From an uncultured Chloroflexia bacterium (GTDB taxonomy: Bacteria; Chloroflexota; Limnocylindria; Limnocylindrales; CSP1-4), in the NCBI GenBank assembly GCA_963810725.1, contig CAWEOO010000006.1:481-64480 (forward strand): DNA of 64,000 nucleotides, given 5' to 3'. This document shows, in pieces, positions 40,107 through 49,264 of this stretch (position 1 is its first letter; every line of letters begins with the position of its first letter). Made by a program: the position numbers and the translations under genes. Below the pieces are notes generated by a model, which saw nothing but the letters and a program-made list of their open reading frames with translations, was not told where the DNA came from and did not search any database.

Positions 40107-40480
40107 CGTCGGACGACGAGGCCGCGCGGCGGGTCGACAAGCCGTGGGGCCACGAGCTGATCTGGGCGCACACCGACCGCTACGTCGGCAAGATCCTCGT
40201 CATCGAGACGGGCCGGCGGCTCTCCCTCCAGCGGCACGAGATCAAGGACGAGACGATCCTCGTGCGCTCGGGCCGGCTGCGGCTGTTCCTCGAGGACGAC
40301 GACGGGGTCGTCCGCGAATCGGAGCTCGGACCGGGTGAACACCGACGGGTCCCGACCGGCCGCGTGCATCGCTATGAGGCCATCGAGCGCTGCGAGATCA
40401 TCGAGGTCTCGACCCCGGAGCTCGACGACGTGATCCGGCTCGAGGACGATTTCGGGCGCGAGGGTACTAACGCGCCGTAG
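40103..40480 (+). CDS. Stand-alone cupin (type II mannose-6-phosphate isomerase C-terminal-like)
   Basis: GTGA overlap with the PMM stop. 'KPWGHELIWAHTDRYVGKILVIETGRRLSLQRHEIKDETILV'. Confidence 0.7.
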   Translation: MTSDDEAARRVDKPWGHELIWAHTDRYVGKILVIETGRRLSLQRHEIKDETILVRSGRLRLFLEDDDGVVRESELGPGEHRRVPTGRVHRYEAIERCEIIEVSTPELDDVIRLEDDFGREGTNAP

Positions 40481-40513
40481 GTCCTCGATAGGATGATTTC
40501 CGGGGATGACCTC

Positions 40514-40552
40514 GGCGGTCGCGCGGGTGTAGGCTGACGGCACGCGACCGCC
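40514..40552 (+). terminator. Perfect 10-bp hairpin after the manC-PMM-cupin operon
   Basis: GGCGGTCGCG (40514-40523) pairs with CGCGACCGCC (40543-40552) around a 19-nt loop. There is no U-tract. Confidence 0.4.
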
Positions 40553-40624
40553 ACCACCGGTCGATGGTGCAGACCGGACGGCGGCCTCGTCAGCGCCCCA
40601 ATGGGGCGACGGAGGTTAGGACCG

Positions 40625-40903
40625 ATGCACAGCTCACTGATCGGCAAGGTCGAGAAGGCAAATCGGTACGCGCGGGAACTCGATCGGATCACGGTCGACC
40701 GCCTGTCACTCACCTTCCGCGGCGACAACGACACGCACCATGTCGCCCTCGATGCCGGCCAGTGGCGTTGCACCTGCCACTACTTCGAGAGCTGGGGCTC
40801 ATGTGTCCACCTCCTCACCCTGCAGAAGGTCATGGGGGTCATGCTGCCTGAGGAGGCGCAGGTCTCGATCTTCTCCGCCGGGGAGCCCGTCCCCACGGCC
40901 TGA
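40625..40903 (+). CDS. Small SWIM zinc-finger protein
   Basis: GGAGG lies 9 nt before ATG 40625. The CxCx(n)CxH motif is 'WRCTCHYFESWGSCVHLL'. Confidence 0.7.
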   Translation: MHSSLIGKVEKANRYARELDRITVDRLSLTFRGDNDTHHVALDAGQWRCTCHYFESWGSCVHLLTLQKVMGVMLPEEAQVSIFSAGEPVPTA

Positions 40904-40927
40904 TCCGGGGCGTCTGCGGGCGGCTCT

Positions 40928-41890
40928 CTAGCGGAGCCAGGCGGCCACGTTCCCACCGTGGCTCAGCACACGTCGCCATCCGTCGTCGCCGTCGTGGACG
41001 TCGCACTGGGTCGTCCCGTCTTCGTGCAGCCATACGATCGCGAGCCGCCGCCCGGTGGCGTCAAGGGCCAGGGCCGTCGCCTCGACGAAGCCCTCCGGCA
41101 CCTCGACGGAGCCGATCGACGTCCCGTCGTCGGTGAGCCAGCCTTTGGTGGATCGCAGGACCACCGGCGCGCCAGGGCCCGCGGATGTCGCGATCACCGC
41201 ACCGTCAGCCGAGGTCGCGATGCGCCGTTCGCCGGGCGGTCCCTTGGTGATCTTCCCGCTGGCGATGTCGACCAGGGTCGCTCTGGGCTCCTCGGCGGTC
41301 CCGGTCGGGAGCACGACCCGAGTCGAGTCCAGCCAGGCAGGCGGGCCGGTCGCGACCTGATCGAGGGGCACGGTCGTCACCTTGCCTGCTCCGGGGTCGA
41401 CGATGAGCAGCCTCACGGCCCCGCTGTCCGCGTCGCCGCCCCCGAAGAGCGCGGCGACGCGCTTGCCCTCGGGATCCCACGTCGGGAACGAGGCCGGCGT
41501 CGGAAGCGATTCGCCGGACTCGGTGGTCGCCTTGACGGGCTGCCAATCGAGGCCGGCCACGTCGACAGCCGAGCCGCGCGGGTCGACCGGGTCGCTGGTG
41601 ACCAACTGACCGTCGCTGGTGCTGGCGACGAGGACGCCGTCCGGTCCGGCCGAGATCCAGGTCGCTCCATCGTCTGGGAGCGGCAGCCCGATCGCGACGG
41701 CTCCGTCGGGACCGGTGGCGGTCACCTCGAACCGGGCGCCAGCGGTGGTGGAGAGGGTGAGGAGGCCTTCCGACCGTTGCTCGGGCCCGCCGGCCGCGGC
41801 CTCGCAGCCGGTGATCAGGAGAAGGACGGCGAGGGTCGCCGCGGCGCGGCGACCGGGTCGACTGGCGGGGGTGGCCAGCGGGATGCCCAT
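40928..41890 (-). CDS. Lipoprotein with beta-propeller-like repeats
   Basis: Lipobox 'LAVLLLITGCEA'. 'PTWDPEGKRVAALF' resembles a PD40 repeat. The tracked ORF extends further 5' but lacks protein-like sequence there. Confidence 0.6.
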   Translation of the reverse strand: MGIPLATPASRPGRRAAATLAVLLLITGCEAAAGGPEQRSEGLLTLSTTAGARFEVTATGPDGAVAIGLPLPDDGATWISAGPDGVLVASTSDGQLVTSDPVDPRGSAVDVAGLDWQPVKATTESGESLPTPASFPTWDPEGKRVAALFGGGDADSGAVRLLIVDPGAGKVTTVPLDQVATGPPAWLDSTRVVLPTGTAEEPRATLVDIASGKITKGPPGERRIATSADGAVIATSAGPGAPVVLRSTKGWLTDDGTSIGSVEVPEGFVEATALALDATGRRLAIVWLHEDGTTQCDVHDGDDGWRRVLSHGGNVAAWLR

Positions 41891-41918
41891 CGGCGGCAGT
41901 GTGCCACCCCCGGCCGGT

Positions 41919-42488
41919 TCACTCCACCTCGAGACGCCAGAAATAGTGCGCGTTGCCGGCGGCAGGGGCAAATTCCACGAACAGCTCGACGGTCCAGGTC
42001 CCGGGTCCGGGTGCCGCGAATGCCGGCAGGCCGGCGCCCTCGCCGAGGCTCGTGGCGCCATCGGGGCCTCCGGCGTTCGCCGGCACGAAGCGGGCCGACC
42101 AGGCCCCGATATCACCGTCGGGAACCAGGCTGACCGCCAGGGGCTCGCCGGCCCCGACCGTGATGGGGGTGCCGGGGAGCCACGGTGCGTCGCTCCCCGT
42201 TTCGAACCAGACGAAGGTCCCGAGCTGGCCCGCGACCGGATCCCCGCCCTCGGCCGCCAGGAGGGCATCCGGGGGCGCATCGCGGCCGGCGACCGTGGGT
42301 GACGGGCCGCCGGTCGCGACCGGGAGCGTAGACGAGGCGGTCTCGGGTGGCGCCCCGGTCATCGATGACACGTTCGGCGTCGTGCCCGGCGATCCGCACG
42401 CGAGGACCATGGCGGCAAGGATCGCGATGCCGACGATCGCGCCGGAGCGCGTCGCGGGCGTAGACCTGGACGCCACTGGGTCGGCCAT
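41919..42488 (-). CDS. Small lipoprotein of unknown function
   Basis: Lipobox 'LAAMVLACGSPG', a PT-rich linker, then a beta-rich domain 'GTWTVELFVEFAPAAGNAHYFWRLEVE'. Confidence 0.55.
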   Translation of the reverse strand: MADPVASRSTPATRSGAIVGIAILAAMVLACGSPGTTPNVSSMTGAPPETASSTLPVATGGPSPTVAGRDAPPDALLAAEGGDPVAGQLGTFVWFETGSDAPWLPGTPITVGAGEPLAVSLVPDGDIGAWSARFVPANAGGPDGATSLGEGAGLPAFAAPGPGTWTVELFVEFAPAAGNAHYFWRLEVE

Positions 42489-42496
42489 CCTTTCTG

Positions 42497-43546
42497 TCAC
42501 GAGCCGATCGACTCGAGGCAGCCGGTACACGCCCCAACCCCGACATGGAGGACTGGGCTCGAATCGCCGCGCAGTCCCTCGTCCGTGGGCGTCGAAAAGA
42601 CGGCCCGGAACTCCGCCGAGCCATACAGACGCACGGCGTAGGTGTAAGTACCCGTCGGCGTCGTGTACGGCATGGTCGCGATCGTGCTCCAGGTGGTCCC
42701 ATCCGGTGGCCGGCGTTGCAGCTTGATGGTCCGGCGCGAAACGGGGTTGCCGCTCAGACGCCCGTAGTCCGTGTCCGTGACGACCTCGAGGAATGCCGTG
42801 AAGGTCACGGTGCCGCCGTACGGCACCCACGACGGGGCACGGCTCAGCGACAGCTCGGTGGGGATGTCGAGGCACTTGGAGTACGGGAACGACGCGTGCT
42901 GGGTGTCGTAGCGGATCTGCAGCCGTGCGACGTCGCATACGCCCAGGACGTGCATGTTGTAGCCGTCACGCGGCTTCGTGCGGGAGAACGTTTGGACGAC
43001 CGCGTCGGTGTAGTCGCGTTCGTCGGCGAAGTTGACGTGGTGGCCGAGTCCCTCGACGTGACCGAACTCGTCGAGCGCGACAGTCTCGGCGTCGTAGCAG
43101 CCGTTGGGCGGGTTCGCGTACATCTGGCACCACTTGAGGGTGCCCCAGTCGAAGACCCGACCGTGCTCGCGGAACCACATCGTGAAGCCGTCCGGGGCGT
43201 CGCGTGTGAAGCAGGCGAGCCCGTTCACGCCACAGGTGCCGGTTCCATAGCCGATCGGGTTGGTCCCGGCCGCGTCGTAGACGAAGAGCGCCGCGCGCGA
43301 CTCGCGGGTGGCCTCGATGTCGCCCGCGGCCGCGTTCACCGCGGTGCGGATGGGCGCCGGTGGCACCGCTCCGGTGCGCCAGTCATAGCGCAGCTCGCCG
43401 TCCTGCGGGAAGGTCCCGCCTCCGAGCGCCGGGTCCGGCGCGTGCGCCGATGTCGGCGGCGAGAGTGGATGGCCGATCGCGATCGCGAGGGCCAGGGTCA
43501 GCAGCAGGGACGAGGCGCGCGGCCCGCGCCGTCTCCGGGAGTTCAT
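42497..43546 (-). CDS. Secreted metzincin-like protein with an atypical DEFGHxxGLGHH motif plus a C-terminal beta-sandwich
   Basis: Signal 'RRRRGPRASSLLLTLALAIAIG..AHA'. 'VALDEFGHVEGLGHH' compares to matrixin 'HEFGHxLGLxH'. Eight Cys residues. Confidence 0.55.
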   Translation of the reverse strand: MNSRRRRGPRASSLLLTLALAIAIGHPLSPPTSAHAPDPALGGGTFPQDGELRYDWRTGAVPPAPIRTAVNAAAGDIEATRESRAALFVYDAAGTNPIGYGTGTCGVNGLACFTRDAPDGFTMWFREHGRVFDWGTLKWCQMYANPPNGCYDAETVALDEFGHVEGLGHHVNFADERDYTDAVVQTFSRTKPRDGYNMHVLGVCDVARLQIRYDTQHASFPYSKCLDIPTELSLSRAPSWVPYGGTVTFTAFLEVVTDTDYGRLSGNPVSRRTIKLQRRPPDGTTWSTIATMPYTTPTGTYTYAVRLYGSAEFRAVFSTPTDEGLRGDSSPVLHVGVGACTGCLESIGS

Positions 43547-44659
43547 CGCGACACCTCGTCGAGCTGGACGGCCCGACCGTCCGGAACGTGGCGGAGGAGT
43601 GGCAGGAGCGAACCATCGATCGGCAGGCGCCCATCCGGGCCGAACAGGATCCAGCCGGGAGCGTGCTCAGCCGCGCTCCCGGAGCGCGCCGGGCCGGCCA
43701 CGAGACGACGGCCTTCGGGATCGCCGTCGAGCAGCCGCGGTCCGCGACCGTCGAGCCCGACCACCCGCAGGTGGTCGCCACTGGCACCGACTTCGTGGAC
43801 GACGACGGTGCGCCCATCCGCGTCACGGCTCAGCACGGCCTGGCCGGCGGCTGGGTCGAGCACAAGGGTGGCTCCGGTCGCGATGTCCACGGCGTGGAGT
43901 GGACAGGGGAGTCCGCGGCACGCGCCGTGCGCAACGAGCCGTTCCCCGTCGAGCCCGACGAGGTCGGCAAGCGCCGGATCGGCGAGAAGCCGCTCGCCGC
44001 CGCCGCCGCGGGTCCACGATGCGGACGCGGCACGCGATCTCGCCGCATGACTGCACGGCGAGCGTCTGGCCATCCTCGCTCCAGACGAGGTCAGTGGTCC
44101 AGGTCGGGCCGAAGCGTCCGTCGGCCGCGATCGGCGCCAGGACGCGCGCCGGTGCGGTCGAGCCATCAAGCGCTCGCCGCCAGACGCCGAGGTCGGCACG
44201 CGTCTGCCGATCCACCCGGAACTCGAAGAGCGACGTGCCATCCGAGGCGAGCGTGGCGGTCCGGATGACGTCGCGCGACGCAACGAGTGGCCAGGCACAC
44301 GCACCTGCCGCGTCGACGAGCGAAAGCCGCGAATGACGGCCGTCATCCGTGCCGACCAGCGTGGCCCCGCCGAACGGACCAGCCGCGAACGACTCTGCGT
44401 CGAGGTCGAGGGCCCGCGTGGCGCGCTCGCCAGCGCGACCGATGACCACGCGCTGACCGGTCCGGGTGCCGGCGTCGAGGACGGGATCGATCCGGTACCA
44501 CGTCCCGGGCGCCGATGCGCCGATCCGGGGCGCCCCGGCGCACGCCTCCGGAGTCCAGGCACGGCCGGGCGAGCCGAGCGTCGTGGTGGCGATGAGCACG
44601 ATCCCACCGAGAGCAGCGACCGCCGGGCCGGCGCGACGAAACCAACGTGACTCCACCAT
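43543..44659 (-). pseudogene. Membrane-anchored beta-propeller-like protein with a frame break at ~44000
   Basis: TM 'AVAALGGIVLIATTTL'. 'WSEDGQTLAVQSCGEIACRVRIVDP' continues in the frame of ORF 43543 as 'ERLLADPALADLVGLDGERLVAHGACRGLPCPLHAVD'. A 4-nt overlap links it to the next gene. Confidence 0.55.
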
Positions 44660-44775
44660 GGTCGATGGACCTCCTCCGGCGGCTGGACGATGGCGGGAGG
44701 AGGGCGAGGCCGGCATCCTACGCAGCGGGGACTTCACTGCCACTTATCGGGGCGTCGGCGGCCCGGCTCGGACCG

Positions 44776-44986
44776 TGTGCTACGCTCCGCCCTGACGTCA
44801 GTCGAACGCCGCGTGGTCGCGAAGCCGGTGAGATTCCGGCACAGTCCCGCTACGGTGAACCGCCCTCGGGCGGAAGTCCGGTCGCCGACCTCACGGTGCA
44901 TGCTCGAACCTTCGAGAGAAAGGTAGGCAGGACCGTGCACACCATCCCCTGACCCCTCCTTCGACCCGCCTCGAAGCGAGGGGTCC
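44776..44986 (+). promoter_or_regulatory. Cobalamin (B12) riboswitch with an SD-sequestering expression hairpin
   Basis: The core 'GGTCGCGAAGCCGGTGAGATTCCGGCACAGTCCCGCTACGGTGA' (44815-44858) matches the conserved B12 element. Hairpin GACCCCTC..GAGGGGTC (44951-44985) covers the GAGGGG SD just before GTG 44992. Confidence 0.8.
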
Positions 44987-44991
44987 TGCAT

Positions 44992-46065
44992 GTGTCGCAG
45001 GCCCCTCCGGCTCCCAACCCCGCTCCCGGAGGAACTCCCGCCGTGTCTCCACGCTCCCGACGCCGCGGCGTCGCATTGTCCCTGGCGTTGTCCGTCCTGC
45101 TGGCGGCCTGCTCCGCGCCCGGGGCTGATCCGTCGTCGGCACCAGCCGTCACCCCGGTCATCACCCCAGCACCCCCGCCCAGCACCGAACCCAGCCCTTC
45201 GCCGGCTGCCGCGTTCCCCGTCACCCTCATCGATGACGAAGGCACCACCCTCGAGATCGCCGCGGAGCCGCAGGTCATCGTGTCGCTGACCCCGGCCGCC
45301 ACGGAAACGCTGTTCGAGCTCGGGGCCGGCGACCGAGTCGTCGCGACCGACGACGGCAGCGACTACCCGGAGGCCGCCGCGGCGCTCCCGGATGTCGCGT
45401 CGTTCTCTAGCGTCGATGTCGAGCAGGTCGTGAAGCTCGAACCCGACCTCGTCGTCGCCGGCGGTCTGGGCTTCACCCCCGCCGACGCCATCACCCAACT
45501 CCGCGGGCTCGATATCCCCGTGCTGGTCGTCTACGCGCCCTCGGTCGAGGGTGTGTACAAGGACATCGAGCTCATCGGCACGGCCACCGGGACGAGCGAC
45601 GCCGCCAGGGCCGTGACGGCCGCGATGGCCGCCGAGATCGACGCGATCAGCGATGCCGTCGCCGCGAGCGGGACGGCGCCGCGCGTCTTCTACGAGATCG
45701 GCTACGACGCGACGACCGGGGCGATCTTCGCCCCCGCCGACGACTCGTTCGTCGCCGAGATGGTGACGCTCGCCGGCGGCGACACGATCACGACCGGGGA
45801 CCCGAACACGTACGAGATCGCGCTCGAGAAGCTCATCGAGCAGGACCCGGAGGTCATCGTCCTCGGCGTGAACCCGTTCTACATGCCGACGCCCGAGGAG
45901 GTGGCGGCGCGTCCGGGCTGGAACGTCATGACGGCCGTCAAGAACGACGACGTCCGCACGGTCCGCGACACCGAGATCACCCGGCCGGGGCCGCAGCTGC
46001 CGCTGGGGTTGCGCAACCTGGCCTCGGTGATCCGGCCGGACGTCACCCTCCCGGCCGCACCGTAA
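44992..46065 (+). CDS. btuF: ABC transporter substrate-binding lipoprotein (BtuF/FhuD class, cobalamin-type)
   Basis: Lipobox 'LSVLLAACSAPG' and a PT linker. 'IVSLTPAATETLFELGAGDRVVA' and 'EPDLVVA' are typical of periplasmic binding protein class 8. Confidence 0.8.
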   Translation: MSQAPPAPNPAPGGTPAVSPRSRRRGVALSLALSVLLAACSAPGADPSSAPAVTPVITPAPPPSTEPSPSPAAAFPVTLIDDEGTTLEIAAEPQVIVSLTPAATETLFELGAGDRVVATDDGSDYPEAAAALPDVASFSSVDVEQVVKLEPDLVVAGGLGFTPADAITQLRGLDIPVLVVYAPSVEGVYKDIELIGTATGTSDAARAVTAAMAAEIDAISDAVAASGTAPRVFYEIGYDATTGAIFAPADDSFVAEMVTLAGGDTITTGDPNTYEIALEKLIEQDPEVIVLGVNPFYMPTPEEVAARPGWNVMTAVKNDDVRTVRDTEITRPGPQLPLGLRNLASVIRPDVTLPAAP

Positions 46066-46070
46066 GGGCC

Positions 46071-47147
46071 ATGGCGGCCGGCGCGCTCGCACCCGACCTC
46101 GAATCCGGCGGCGTCGCCGCCTGGGTCCGGGGTCGGCCGGTCGTCGTCGGCGTGGTCGCCTCCGTGGTCCTCCTCGCCGCGGTCGTCCTGGGCGTCGGAC
46201 TCGGGTCCGTCCAGATCGGTCCCACTGAGACCATCGGGGTGATCCTGTGGCGGACCCTGGGCCTCCGGGTGGGTCTCGACTGGTCGCCCGCGAGCGAGGC
46301 GATCGTCTGGGACCTGCGGCTGCCGCGGGTCCTGACCGCGATGGCCATCGGGTCCGGGCTCGCCGTCGCCGGCGCCACCTTCCAGGGGCTGCTCCGCAAC
46401 CCGCTGGCGGACCCATACGTGCTGGGCACCGCGTCGGGGGCCGCGCTCGGGGCGGCAGTCGCGGTCCTGATCCCGATGCCGATCGTGGTCGTCGGCTTCG
46501 GGCTCCTGCATGGGTTCGCCTTCGCCGGGGCGCTGCTGTCGGCATATGTCGTCTTCCGGCTCGGTGGGTCCGGAGGCGCCGGCGGACTCACGCGCCTGCT
46601 GCTGACCGGCTACGCCGTGGGGTCCGTGCTCGCGGCACTCTTGACGATGGCGATGTACGTCTCGGGGGCCGACCTTCGCCAGATCTTCTCGTTCCTGCTC
46701 GGTGGTCTGGCGGGCGCGTCGTGGCTCCGTCTCGCGATCTCGGCCCCCCTGATCGTTGGCGCCTGCGTCCTCATGATGCTCCGTGCGCGCGCCCTTGACG
46801 GCCTGCTTCTGGGTGACGCGGCCGCCGGCCATCTCGGCATCGACGTCCGACGGGAACGGGGCATCCTGCTCGCCCTGGCCTCGCTGGCGACCGCGGCCGG
46901 GGTCGCGATCAGCGGGCTCATCGGCTTCGTCGGGCTGGTCGTGCCGCATCTCGTCCGGCTCGTCGTCGGCCCGGCGGCGCGCCGGGTGCTGCCGATCTCC
47001 GCGATCGTGGGTGCCGCGCTGCTGTCCGCGGCCGACCTCGTCGCCCGTCTCGTGGGCGATGTCCCGGTGGGTGTCGTGATGGCCCTGCTCGGCGCCCCGT
47101 TCTTCCTCTTCCTCCTCCAGCGCACGCGCTCGAGCTACGAGCTGTGA
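46071..47147 (+). CDS. btuC: FecCD-family ABC permease
   Basis: 'LRLPRVLTAMAIGSGLAVAGATFQGLLRNPLADPYVLG' and 'GLIGFVGLVVPHLVRL'. Confidence 0.85.
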   Translation: MAAGALAPDLESGGVAAWVRGRPVVVGVVASVVLLAAVVLGVGLGSVQIGPTETIGVILWRTLGLRVGLDWSPASEAIVWDLRLPRVLTAMAIGSGLAVAGATFQGLLRNPLADPYVLGTASGAALGAAVAVLIPMPIVVVGFGLLHGFAFAGALLSAYVVFRLGGSGGAGGLTRLLLTGYAVGSVLAALLTMAMYVSGADLRQIFSFLLGGLAGASWLRLAISAPLIVGACVLMMLRARALDGLLLGDAAAGHLGIDVRRERGILLALASLATAAGVAISGLIGFVGLVVPHLVRLVVGPAARRVLPISAIVGAALLSAADLVARLVGDVPVGVVMALLGAPFFLFLLQRTRSSYEL

Positions 47148-47911
47148 CGGCGGTGGAGCCGATCCTCGCGGCGCAGGACGTCACGATCGCGTACGGCGAC
47201 CGCCGCGTCGTGACGTCCGCGACCCTGGAGGTCGCCGGCGGCGAGCGGGTGGCGCTGGTCGGGCCCAATGGCGCGGGCAAGTCGAGCCTGCTCCGGGCGA
47301 TGACTGGCGTGCTCCGTCCTAGCGCGGGGGTGGTCCGCCTGTGCGGCGACCCGATCGACCTAGTCCAGCGATCGGCCGTGGCCCGCACGATCGCCGTGGT
47401 CCCCGAGCTCATCCAGCTGCCATTCGAGATGCCCGTCCACGAGGTCGTGGCCCTGGGCCGGCTCCCCCACGAGCCGCCCTTCACCGGTCTACGCCCGGCC
47501 GACCGCCTGGCGGTGGCCGGCGCCATGGAACGCGTGGGCATCGTCCATCTCGGTCATCGGGACGTGCGCGAGCTGTCGATGGGCGAGCGCCAGCTCGTGT
47601 TCATCGCCGTGGCGGTCGCGCAGTCGGCGCAGATCCTGGTCCTCGACGAGCCCACTGCGCACCTCGACATCCGCCACCAGGTGGACGTGATGGAGCTGCT
47701 CGTGGACCTCAACCGGCGCGACGGGACGACCGTGGTCGCGGTCCTCCACGACCTTGCGCTGGCCGCCCATTTCTTCCCCCGCGTCGTGGTGATGAGCGAG
47801 GGCCGGATCGTGGCCGACGGCTCGCCGACCGCGACGCTGGGTCCGGATCGGATCCGGTCGGTGTTCGGCGTGGACCCAGCGCTCGTGCGCCTGCCGGTCG
47901 GGGCGAGCTGA
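47144..47911 (+). CDS. btuD: ABC transporter ATP-binding protein (BtuD/FecE type)
   Basis: GTGA overlap. 'GPNGAGKSSLL', 'LSMGERQLVFIAVAVAQ' and 'LVLDEPTAHLD'. Confidence 0.85.
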   Translation: MTAVEPILAAQDVTIAYGDRRVVTSATLEVAGGERVALVGPNGAGKSSLLRAMTGVLRPSAGVVRLCGDPIDLVQRSAVARTIAVVPELIQLPFEMPVHEVVALGRLPHEPPFTGLRPADRLAVAGAMERVGIVHLGHRDVRELSMGERQLVFIAVAVAQSAQILVLDEPTAHLDIRHQVDVMELLVDLNRRDGTTVVAVLHDLALAAHFFPRVVVMSEGRIVADGSPTATLGPDRIRSVFGVDPALVRLPVGAS

Positions 47912-47913
47912 GG

Positions 47914-48696
47914 ATGGAGCGCGTCGTGCCTCGTGCCGCGAGATCGGTCGGGGTCGTCGCCACCGTGCGGGCCGCCGTGGGGCTGCTGACCCGGCTGCGC
48001 GTCGGGAGCGTCGCCGACATCCCGGGGGCCGCGGCCTTCGCGCTCGTCGGGGCGGCGGTCGGAGGCCTCGCGGCGGTGGCGCTCGCGCTCCTGGTCCTGG
48101 CCGGCGAGCCCGTGCTCGGGGCGATCGCTGCGGTGGCGGTACTCGCCGCCGTGTCCGGTGGCCTGCACCTGGACGGCCTGGCGGATACCGCCGACGCCCT
48201 GGTCGCGCCCGACCTCTATGCGGCGGAACGCGCCCGGGAGGATCCGGCCGTCGGGCCGGGCGGAGCCGTCGCGCTCCTGCTCGTCCTGAGTGCCGAGGTC
48301 GCCGCCCTCGCCAGCGTGACGGCGTCGTGGGGTCCACTGGTGGCCGCCTCGGGCCTCGTCGTGGGCGGTGCGGTGTCGCGCTGGTTGCCCGTGCTCTCGG
48401 TCGTGGTCCTCCGGGAACGGGTCGGGCACGAAGGCCTGGGTGCCTGGTTCAGCGACGCCGTTTCAGGCCGCGACGCGATCGTCGGCGCCATGACGATCGT
48501 GCTCGTGGTTGGCGTCGGGACGGCCCTGGGTGGGTGGGCCGTGGGTCTCGGCGCGTTCGCCGGTGGCGCGCTCGGCCTTGCCGCGACTGCGCTCATCGCG
48601 GGGGCCCGAGGTCGGCTCGACGGAGACGGCCTGGGGGCGTCCGTCGAGGTCGCGCTCCTGGCCACCCTTACCAGCCTGGCCGTGATCGCGCCGTGA
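47914..48696 (+). CDS. cobS: Adenosylcobinamide-GDP ribazoletransferase (cobalamin synthase)
   Basis: The Met-initiated part of ORF 47341-48696. 'GGLHLDGLADTADAL' and multiple TM helices. Confidence 0.8.
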   Translation: MERVVPRAARSVGVVATVRAAVGLLTRLRVGSVADIPGAAAFALVGAAVGGLAAVALALLVLAGEPVLGAIAAVAVLAAVSGGLHLDGLADTADALVAPDLYAAERAREDPAVGPGGAVALLLVLSAEVAALASVTASWGPLVAASGLVVGGAVSRWLPVLSVVVLRERVGHEGLGAWFSDAVSGRDAIVGAMTIVLVVGVGTALGGWAVGLGAFAGGALGLAATALIAGARGRLDGDGLGASVEVALLATLTSLAVIAP

Positions 48697-48712
48697 CCGG
48701 CGCGCTGGGGGC

Positions 48713-49264
48713 GTGGCGATGGCCAGCCCGCTGATCCTCGCCCTTGGCGGCACGCGCAGCGGCAAGAGCCGGTTCGGCCTCGCGGCGACGCGACGGCTGG
48801 CCGGTGACGGTCGGGCGTGGTTCCTCGGCACGGCATGGCCCGGCGACCCCGAGCTCGACGACCGCATCGCCCGGCACCAGCGCGAGCGTCCGGCGTCGTG
48901 GCCGACGATCGAGGTCGGCGCCGATCTCGTGGCCGCGCTCGCCCGCACGGAGCCGTCCGAACCCGTCCTGATCGATGGGCTGACGCTCTGGTTCAGTACG
49001 CTCCTCGGCGACGACGTGCCTGACATCGACCCGATCCTGGACGGGCCCGTCGCGGCCGGCTTCGCAGCGATCGCGGCCCGCCCGGGCCCGGTGGTCGTGG
49101 TCAGCGACGAGATCGGGCTCGGGATCGTGCCGATGCACGCCGGCGCACGCGCGTACCGCGACCTCGTCGGGATCGCCCACCAGCGACTCGCGGCGATGGC
49201 CGACGAGGCGTACCTGCTGGTGGCCGGCCTGCCGGTCACGTTGAAGGGCGGGCAGTCCCCGTGA
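48713..49264 (+). CDS. cobU: Adenosylcobinamide kinase / adenosylcobinamide-phosphate guanylyltransferase
   Basis: P-loop 'LGGTRSGKS', 'IARHQRERP', 'LIDGLTLW' and 'VVVSDEIGLGIVP'. Confidence 0.85.
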   Translation: MAMASPLILALGGTRSGKSRFGLAATRRLAGDGRAWFLGTAWPGDPELDDRIARHQRERPASWPTIEVGADLVAALARTEPSEPVLIDGLTLWFSTLLGDDVPDIDPILDGPVAAGFAAIAARPGPVVVVSDEIGLGIVPMHAGARAYRDLVGIAHQRLAAMADEAYLLVAGLPVTLKGGQSP

